From Candidatus Tayloriibacteriota bacterium (GTDB taxonomy: Bacteria > Patescibacteriota > Minisyncoccia > Phycocordibacterales > PALSA-1337), in the NCBI GenBank assembly GCA_037129895.1, contig JBAXUB010000003.1:2699-66698 (forward strand): a stretch of DNA of 64,000 nucleotides, given 5' to 3'. Under the pieces are notes generated by a model. It had not been told where the DNA came from and made no database searches. It saw nothing but the letters and a program-made list of their open reading frames with translations. This document shows, in pieces, positions 57,669 to 64,000 of this stretch (its first letter is position 1; each line of letters opens with the position of its first letter). The position numbers and the translations under genes were made by a program.

Positions 57669-58340
57669 GTGAATATGAAAAAAGATATAAATTTAACTGG
57701 GAAAAAGATTCTTGTTACTGCTGGCTCGACATGGGTCGCAATAGACGATGTTCGAGTAATAACAAATATCTTTAAGGGTAAGATAGGATTGACTATTGCA
57801 ATAGCGGCAGCCGAATTTGGTGCTGCTGTGACTTTGTTGCTTGGCTCGTCGTTAGACATATCGTGTATGAATCTACCTAGCACTCTCAGGGTGGTTAGGT
57901 TTAAATATTTTGAGGAGTTAGACGATTTAATGACTGAGAATTTGAGGTCTGGCAATTATGATGCGGTAATACATTCTGCTGCAGTCTCCGATTTCAAACT
58001 TGCGAAGAAACATGAGGGTAAAATCAAATCTAATACAGGGAATCTTACTTTAGAGTTAGTACCAACAAAAAAAATTGTGGATGGAGTAAAGAAGCTTGCA
58101 CCGGAAGTGTTTTTAGTAAAATTTAAGCTGGAGGTCGGTATTTCTGTGGAGCGCCTAATTGAAGTGGCTAGTGATAGTATGAGACAGTCGAGTGCGGATC
58201 TTGTTGTTGCAAATATTTACAATCCAAATTTTACTGATCATGAGGCTTATATAATCGATATCTCTGGTAAAGTCACTAATGTTCAGGGCAAAGAGGCAAT
58301 AGCACTTAAAATATTAGAAAATATTTATGAAGGATTATAA
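57669..58340 (+). CDS. coaB: Phosphopantothenate-cysteine ligase
   Basis: It carries 'ILVTAGSTWVAIDDVRVITNIFKGKIG'. It is a separate gene from coaC, i.e. a split coaBC. Confidence 0.7.
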   Translation: MNMKKDINLTGKKILVTAGSTWVAIDDVRVITNIFKGKIGLTIAIAAAEFGAAVTLLLGSSLDISCMNLPSTLRVVRFKYFEELDDLMTENLRSGNYDAVIHSAAVSDFKLAKKHEGKIKSNTGNLTLELVPTKKIVDGVKKLAPEVFLVKFKLEVGISVERLIEVASDSMRQSSADLVVANIYNPNFTDHEAYIIDISGKVTNVQGKEAIALKILENIYEGL

Positions 58341-59145
58341 CTTACAACAATTTTTATTGCCGACGTATTACTGTGATTCTGATAATGATTTAGTAAAAGA
58401 TATTGCAAGGAAGTATGTCGATCAAGGTTTAGATGAGGCTGAATTAGCTAGACGACTATTTTATTATGTTAGAGATTCGACCGTATATAGAGTAGGTCAT
58501 TGGACGAGGAAGGCGTCTGAGACATTACTTGAAAAAGGCGGTACATGCACGAATAATGCTAATTTATTGGTAGCTTTGTTGAGAGCTGCAAAAATCCCTG
58601 CCGGTTATGGTGTAATGGATGTCGTGGGTCCAGAATATTTTGGACCTGTTGTGTTGCCACACTTTTCAAGGAATGTGTCACGTCGTTCGAAACATGTATA
58701 TTGTTATGTATATGTAAAAGATAAATGGGTAAAATGTGACCCTTCTGATGATGAGCCTCTTTCTATAAATACACAACACTTGAATCCTCAAAGTAGAGTG
58801 GTTGAATGGAATGGTTTAAGTGATGCGATGCTTAATCTTGACCCCAATCATATATTGAAAGATGATGGGCCATTATCAAGTATTGATAATGTAATCGCAA
58901 AAAAGATGAAACATAGGCGTAGGATACCTGTCTATTTAGGGAATATCTATATTCAATTTTTGCGTGAGGAGGGAAGAAACATATTAAAGTTATCTGAGTT
59001 AAACGATGCATTTAATAGATGGTTATTTCAGAACCATAAAGTATTATATATATTTTATAGGTTGTTCTTCTTTATTGAATCAACTGTAAACCGAATGCGT
59101 GAATATAGCAGATCAACTTTTATTAAAAATAATAAATATGCTTGA
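58327..59145 (+). CDS. Transglutaminase-like cysteine protease domain protein
   Basis: It carries 'GGTCTNNANLLVALLRAAKIPAGY'. Confidence 0.5.
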   Translation: MKDYNLQQFLLPTYYCDSDNDLVKDIARKYVDQGLDEAELARRLFYYVRDSTVYRVGHWTRKASETLLEKGGTCTNNANLLVALLRAAKIPAGYGVMDVVGPEYFGPVVLPHFSRNVSRRSKHVYCYVYVKDKWVKCDPSDDEPLSINTQHLNPQSRVVEWNGLSDAMLNLDPNHILKDDGPLSSIDNVIAKKMKHRRRIPVYLGNIYIQFLREEGRNILKLSELNDAFNRWLFQNHKVLYIFYRLFFFIESTVNRMREYSRSTFIKNNKYA

Positions 59146-60721
59146 TATCTATCAATCGGCAGTAATAATAGCAGCTTTCTTCTTTACTGGTTTTGGCAGT
59201 TTTGCTGTATGGAAAAATCAAAGTGATCCACAGGCAAGACATTTTGCCTTATTAGCACTGGCTTATGCGGTATGGATATTTTCTTGGTTCGGCCTTCTGA
59301 AAATGGAATCCGATATGTACATGGCGCTATTTTTCGCGAGGTTACTCAATTTAGGGGCGACATTCATACCGGTTCTATTTTTACATTGGGTTTATAAGGC
59401 CGTGAGTGTTAAAAAAAAGTATAATATTTTTCTATACTTTTGTTACGCACTAACATTATTTTTCGCATCATTTAGCTTCTCCGATTTATATATATCTGGG
59501 GTCAGAAGTATTTCAGTTTTTCCATATTGGCCAGTTGCCGGACCTTTATATATATATTTTATTGTCATTGGGTATGTAGGATTTATTTTATCGGGTTTGA
59601 TTTTACTAGTATATAATTATTTCCGATCATCAGGTCAGGTTCGTTACAGGATTGCTTGTTTGTTTATTGGGTCAATGTTGAGCTTCGTGGGAGGTGGTGT
59701 AAATTTTCCTATGATGTTGGGCTACGTCATTCCACAGCCTTTTGATTTGGTAGGTGTATTTATGTTAATGACTAGCCCGATAATTTTCAGTTACGCAGTG
59801 CTTCATTATAAGCTATTTGAAATTCGTAATGTGGCAATACAGTTAGTTGCAGGCGCACTAAATATTGTATTCGTAATTAATTTAACTTTAGCTAAGACCT
59901 TCGGTGCAATATTTGTAAATTCAGCACTGTTTGTTTTTACTGTTTGGTTTACCGTAATGCTTTTTAGGACATTGAGTCGCGAAATCTCCCAACGCGAACG
60001 GATTGAACTCCTCGCTTCCGACCTCCAGGCTGCCAATGACAACCAAACAAATCTTATTCACGTCATGAATCACCAGATCAAGGGCAAGCTCACGGATGCC
60101 AAGGCGGCGTTTGCGGAACTACTAACTGATGATTATGGTACAGTCCCTGACGCAGCCAAGGTGATCGTGAGGCAGGGCTTCGAGCAGACACAGTTGGGTG
60201 TGGACTACGTTCAAGGAATATTGAAGAGTCTCTCTGCAGCGAGTGGCTCATTACCATACGACATGAAAGAGGTTGACCTGAAAGCCCTAGTAAAGAAAAT
60301 CAGTGACAAGCTAGCCGAAAAAGCCAAGGAGAAGAAACTCGCCTTTGAAGTCAATCTAGTAGATGGCGACTTCGTGGTTACTGCGGATACGATGCAGCTC
60401 GGCGAAGCTATCGGGAACCTCATCAGCAACTCCATCTCATACACCCCATCCGGCAGCATCCATATTTGGCTCACGAAGAAGGGTACCAATGCTCTCATAG
60501 CTGTCCAAGACACAGGTATAGGTATATCAGATGAGGACAAGACGAAACTATTCAAAAGCGGTGGCCGTGGGAAAGATTCGATCAGAGTCAATGTAAATAG
60601 TACCGGATATGGTCTCTCCTTCGTCAAAGGTGTAGTCGAAGCTCACAAAGGCCGTGTTTGGGCTGAATCTGATGGACCAGGGAAGGGCTCTAGTTTCTAT
60701 ATGGAATTACCGTTGGGGTAG
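59099..60721 (+). CDS. Sensor histidine kinase with multi-TM N-terminal domain
   Basis: It has ~6 TM helices, and HATPase_c motifs 'DTGIGISDEDKTKLF...STGYGLSFVKGVV'. The likely start is ATG 59137. Confidence 0.8.
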   Translation: MNIADQLLLKIINMLDIYQSAVIIAAFFFTGFGSFAVWKNQSDPQARHFALLALAYAVWIFSWFGLLKMESDMYMALFFARLLNLGATFIPVLFLHWVYKAVSVKKKYNIFLYFCYALTLFFASFSFSDLYISGVRSISVFPYWPVAGPLYIYFIVIGYVGFILSGLILLVYNYFRSSGQVRYRIACLFIGSMLSFVGGGVNFPMMLGYVIPQPFDLVGVFMLMTSPIIFSYAVLHYKLFEIRNVAIQLVAGALNIVFVINLTLAKTFGAIFVNSALFVFTVWFTVMLFRTLSREISQRERIELLASDLQAANDNQTNLIHVMNHQIKGKLTDAKAAFAELLTDDYGTVPDAAKVIVRQGFEQTQLGVDYVQGILKSLSAASGSLPYDMKEVDLKALVKKISDKLAEKAKEKKLAFEVNLVDGDFVVTADTMQLGEAIGNLISNSISYTPSGSIHIWLTKKGTNALIAVQDTGIGISDEDKTKLFKSGGRGKDSIRVNVNSTGYGLSFVKGVVEAHKGRVWAESDGPGKGSSFYMELPLG

Positions 60722-60745
60722 GGGCTGATTGCAGTGATGAATTAC

Positions 60746-60961
60746 TTAGAGAGATCGAGTCATCTTATTCAGACGCCTTCTTGAAGTTATCTTGCTAACA
60801 TCGACTTTTTGAAGGTCGATATATTTTCCGTAACTGTTGGTCAGCGACAGCATCAATGAATTGGTGCTTTCTTTGATTACAAATCCAACTGCATGAAGCT
60901 CGACGTTTTCAGTTTTATTGAAGGATTGTCTCCATACGATATATTCAGGTTGATTCTTCAT
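60746..60961 (-). CDS. Hypothetical protein
   Basis: A 71-aa ORF adjacent to 60963-61544. Confidence 0.25.
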   Translation of the reverse strand: MKNQPEYIVWRQSFNKTENVELHAVGFVIKESTNSLMLSLTNSYGKYIDLQKVDVSKITSRRRLNKMTRSL

Positions 60962-60962
60962 G

Positions 60963-61544
60963 TTATTTTTGTTTGATTAGTCTAATCTCAGTGATCATTG
61001 CTTTTGGTATGTAATACTTTTTAGGAGTTTTGTCTGGATGATTTATTGAATCTATAAGATTGAGAGTGATCGGATTATCTATGAGAATGTTCGAACTCGT
61101 TTCTCGGAACAAAACTCCTTCAGTAAGCATTGGAGTCAGTTTGTGTTTCCCAGTATAGTCATCGTCATACTGGAATATGTCATTCCAGTATACAGCAACC
61201 GAGTCACCTTCATGACAGATATCACGAATAATACTTTGAGGTTTTTTATTCATTCCCCGTATAACTCCTATAGGAATCACAATTCCAAAAACAGTGGCCT
61301 TTGGATGTTCAGTCCAAGATTGTTCAAGGTCGATGTACTCGTTGTTTCTCTCTAGTATTCTCCCATAAGATACGATCCTACCTACTGGAGGCTTTGTATT
61401 ATTTCCGTACGAGTAGTGTGCGTCTATGTAGGATATTTTAACTATTTTATTGCTCATGAAGTTAGTGATATTATTAATTTGATTTAGATAGATATAAAAA
61501 ACCACTTGCATCAAGTATTGCAATGTGGCTGTAATAGAACACAA
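60963..61544 (-). CDS. Hypothetical protein
   Basis: A 193-aa ORF with no recognisable domain. Confidence 0.3.
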   Translation of the reverse strand: MCSITATLQYLMQVVFYIYLNQINNITNFMSNKIVKISYIDAHYSYGNNTKPPVGRIVSYGRILERNNEYIDLEQSWTEHPKATVFGIVIPIGVIRGMNKKPQSIIRDICHEGDSVAVYWNDIFQYDDDYTGKHKLTPMLTEGVLFRETSSNILIDNPITLNLIDSINHPDKTPKKYYIPKAMITEIRLIKQK

Positions 61545-61948
61545 GACCGTAAAAGTAGTTGTCTATCTTTTCGTAAAACGAATACCTGAGGATGTGGATT
61601 TGGGAGCCCAACCCGGAGATGATTTGAAAGATGACTTGTCACGGCCACTCCGTGCACCTGAATCGCTGCGTGCCTGATGCCATGCTCGCGACACACCCTT
61701 GGTTGATGATCCAGTTGACTTTGCAGCATCTTTCTTACCGAAACTAAATAAACCCATAAGTATCTTTCTCTTTTCGTTGCTCGATAGACGATTCAATGAA
61801 ATGAAAAGTACCACTTCAAGGTTCTATCTATTAAATAGTCTAGTAGTTTAATCCTGACATGTCAACCATATTCAGGTGATTGCAAAAAGATGGTAGATGA
61901 TCTAGGGTTATCGTACATACGATCATATCCAATGACCAAGGGGAGATA

Positions 61949-62161
61949 TTGATTTTACAAAGGTCAAAAAAGAATGATGTTCTTCCTGAATATTGGGATG
62001 TGCCTGGAGGAACGCTAGAGGATGGTGAAGACCCGGAGGTTGGGGCGATACGAGAGGTAGTCGTAGACTATTTACCTGAGTGTTTGCGTGCCTACAAGGA
62101 GTTAAATAAAGATCCAATAAATCGAGGCTCTCGGACTGAAGGCTGTGCCGGTGTGATATAG
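61949..62161 (+). pseudogene. Truncated Nudix-box fragment (70 aa)
   Basis: It contains 'WDVPGGTLEDGEDPEVGAIREV', which is a Nudix box. It is too short for a full Nudix fold and sits directly upstream of an intact Nudix gene. Confidence 0.35.
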
Positions 62162-62168
62162 TTGTTTT

Positions 62169-62693
62169 ATGAAAAAAGTGACTAGCGTTTATTGCAAGAA
62201 GGATTACAAAGGAACTAGCGAAGTCGAATACATTGTTGAGTATTCTGATACTGATTCTTTTGATGATCTTGACTATGATCTGTGTCGCCAAGTCTACGGC
62301 ATCTGTTTTTGTGAAGACAAGTTGGTTATCGGTTATGGAGGCCAAAAGAAGAATTGGGGATTGATTGGGGGGACGATTGAAAAAGGAGAGACATTCGAAC
62401 AGACTCTCAGAAGAGAGATAAAAGAAGAATCAAATATGGAAGTTCTAGAGTTTATGCCTGTTGGCTATCAAAAAGTTACTGACACTCGGGATGGTAGCTA
62501 TTTTTTTCAACTTCGTTACACTTGCACAACTCGTCCTTATGGTACGTTCGTGTTAGATCCTGCTGGTGGAATTACCAAGATCAAACTGATAGATCCGAAA
62601 GATTACAAAAAGTATTTCGATTGGGGTAGAATTGGGGAGAGGATGATTGAGAGGGCATTGGAGTTGAGGAATATCACATCGTTTCCGTATTAA
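62169..62693 (+). CDS. Nudix hydrolase
   Basis: It carries the Nudix box 'GGTIEKGETFEQTLRREIKEESN'. Confidence 0.7.
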   Translation: MKKVTSVYCKKDYKGTSEVEYIVEYSDTDSFDDLDYDLCRQVYGICFCEDKLVIGYGGQKKNWGLIGGTIEKGETFEQTLRREIKEESNMEVLEFMPVGYQKVTDTRDGSYFFQLRYTCTTRPYGTFVLDPAGGITKIKLIDPKDYKKYFDWGRIGERMIERALELRNITSFPY

Positions 62694-62745
62694 AGCATAG
62701 GCAAGAAATTGGGATTGATATTTGAAGTTTCTTTGGTTAAAGTGT

Positions 62746-64000
62746 GATGGTGAATAAAGCTGCGAGTAAAGCTACTAGCATGATAACCAGACAATATAAA
62801 TTCGTTGAATATTTTTCGGCTGTAAAATATCTCGAAAGCCTTGGCAATATCGGCGCGGGTTATCAAAAAACAGATCTTTCTGCCCATTCACATCCTGAGA
62901 TGTTCCTCGAAAGGATGCAGGATTTTCTTGATTTGTTGGGTAATCCTGAAAAGAGTTTCAAGTATATTCATATAACGGGAACTGCTGGTAAAGGTAGTGT
63001 TGCAACGGCAGTTCATTTTGAGCTTGTAAAAGCTGGAAAGAAGTCTGGTTTGTTTACTTCACCATTTACAGTTAGTACTATCGAAAAGATTCAGGTTGGA
63101 GATAAATATATTGATCCCGTAGTTTTTGCAAAGTTGACTGATTCAATAAAGCCAGTCGTTGATCGTATGTTATTGTCTGGTCGACATGGCGCGCCATCAT
63201 ATTTCGAGATGATGTTGGCGATCGCTCTCATGTATTTTAATAAAGAAAAGTGTGAGTATGTTGTATTGGAAGTAGGACTCGGAGGCAGCTATGACGCCAC
63301 AAATATTATCCGTAAACCGACTATAACGGCGATAACCAATATCAGTCTTGATCATACAAATATATTAGGTTCAACTAGGGAATGTATTGCTAAAGACAAA
63401 GCAGGAATAATAAAGAAAGGAAGTGAGTTTTTCACTACTGAGAATGATCAGAAAATTCTGAAGATCTTCGAGGAGAAGTGTATGGGTACTGGTGCAAAGT
63501 ATCATTCTATCAATGTTCACAGTGTTGATTATGATGTAAGAAATCGATTACTTGTTGGAAGTATTTGTCAGAGTCTCGGAATCGTAAATGTTGCAGAAGA
63601 GGTCGGTCCATTACCAAGTATGCCAGCACGATTTGAAATTGTGGAAAGATCGCCCTTAGTCATAATAGATGGTGCCCATAATCCATCGAAGATATCGAGC
63701 ACTATTGTAAATTTGAGAAAACTGAAATATCGTAGTCTCGATTTGGTTGTCGCCGTTTCTGCGGATAAGGATTGGAAGGAGATGTTAAAATTGATTGCTC
63801 CATTTGCTAGGAGAATATTTGCGACTAGATTCAGTGTTCCAGGGAGAGTCTCTGTGAACCCGAAGGAGCTATTTATAGAAGCGAAGCTAGTTGCATCAAA
63901 AGGATGTAAGGTTGAACTGTTCGCCGATCCAGTAATGGCATTTGATATTGCGAGAAGAACAATGAATAAAAGTGACGTCTTATTGGTGGCGGGATCATTT
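62746..64000 (+). CDS. folC: Folylpolyglutamate synthase/dihydrofolate synthase (Mur ligase family), 5' partial (runs off the window end)
   Basis: It has the P-loop 'HITGTAGKGS' and a Mur-ligase middle domain. The frame is open to nt 64000. Confidence 0.7.

Overview
This window looks like a slice of a low-GC (~38-40%), streamlined bacterial genome; the gene content and organisation suggest a Candidate Phyla Radiation/Patescibacteria-type or similar Gram-positive-like organism (inference). Housekeeping genes run through it: gyrA (3' part), ligA, gatC-gatA, coaC/coaB, tmk, plsC, a ribonucleotide reductase, a greA-like factor, folC (5' part), three sensor histidine kinases and three receiver-only response regulators. 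It carries a split type IV pilus locus: pilin plus PilD plus 4 minor pilins, then a REC regulator, PilB, PilC and 4 more pilin-like genes including a 748-aa repeat-bearing pilin. There is no PilM/N/O/Q. Accessory content is dense. (i) A tandem array of five paralogous VirB2/TrbC-like small membrane proteins. (ii) A ~5.3 kb GC-rich (50-62%) island containing tRNA-Leu with two extra copies of its 3' end (att-like), a 26-bp perfect palindrome and two genes with duplicated promoter/5'UTR. (iii) A tRNA-rich plastic region (tRNA-Met, Asp, Thr-GGT, Thr-CGT) with a freestanding LAGLIDADG endonuclease overlapping tRNA-Asp and a 204-nt group I intron splitting tRNA-Thr(GGT). (iv) A ~5.5 kb cassette bounded by ~90-bp promoter-bearing direct repeats. 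It encodes a GT4 glycosyltransferase, an unusual AspRS-like class II aaRS catalytic domain fused to an HD domain with no anticodon-binding domain, an S51 (aspartyl-dipeptidase family) peptidase, and an RRE-radical-SAM/SPASM maturase with a candidate 21-aa precursor ORF. (v) A second RRE-rSAM/SPASM maturase flanked by a kinase, an HExxH peptidase and a candidate 30-aa peptide ORF. Other items are a HEPN/MNT toxin-antitoxin pair, a MazF-like toxin, a PEP-CTERM protein and two large perfect inverted repeats after gyrA. No CRISPR array or rRNA was found.
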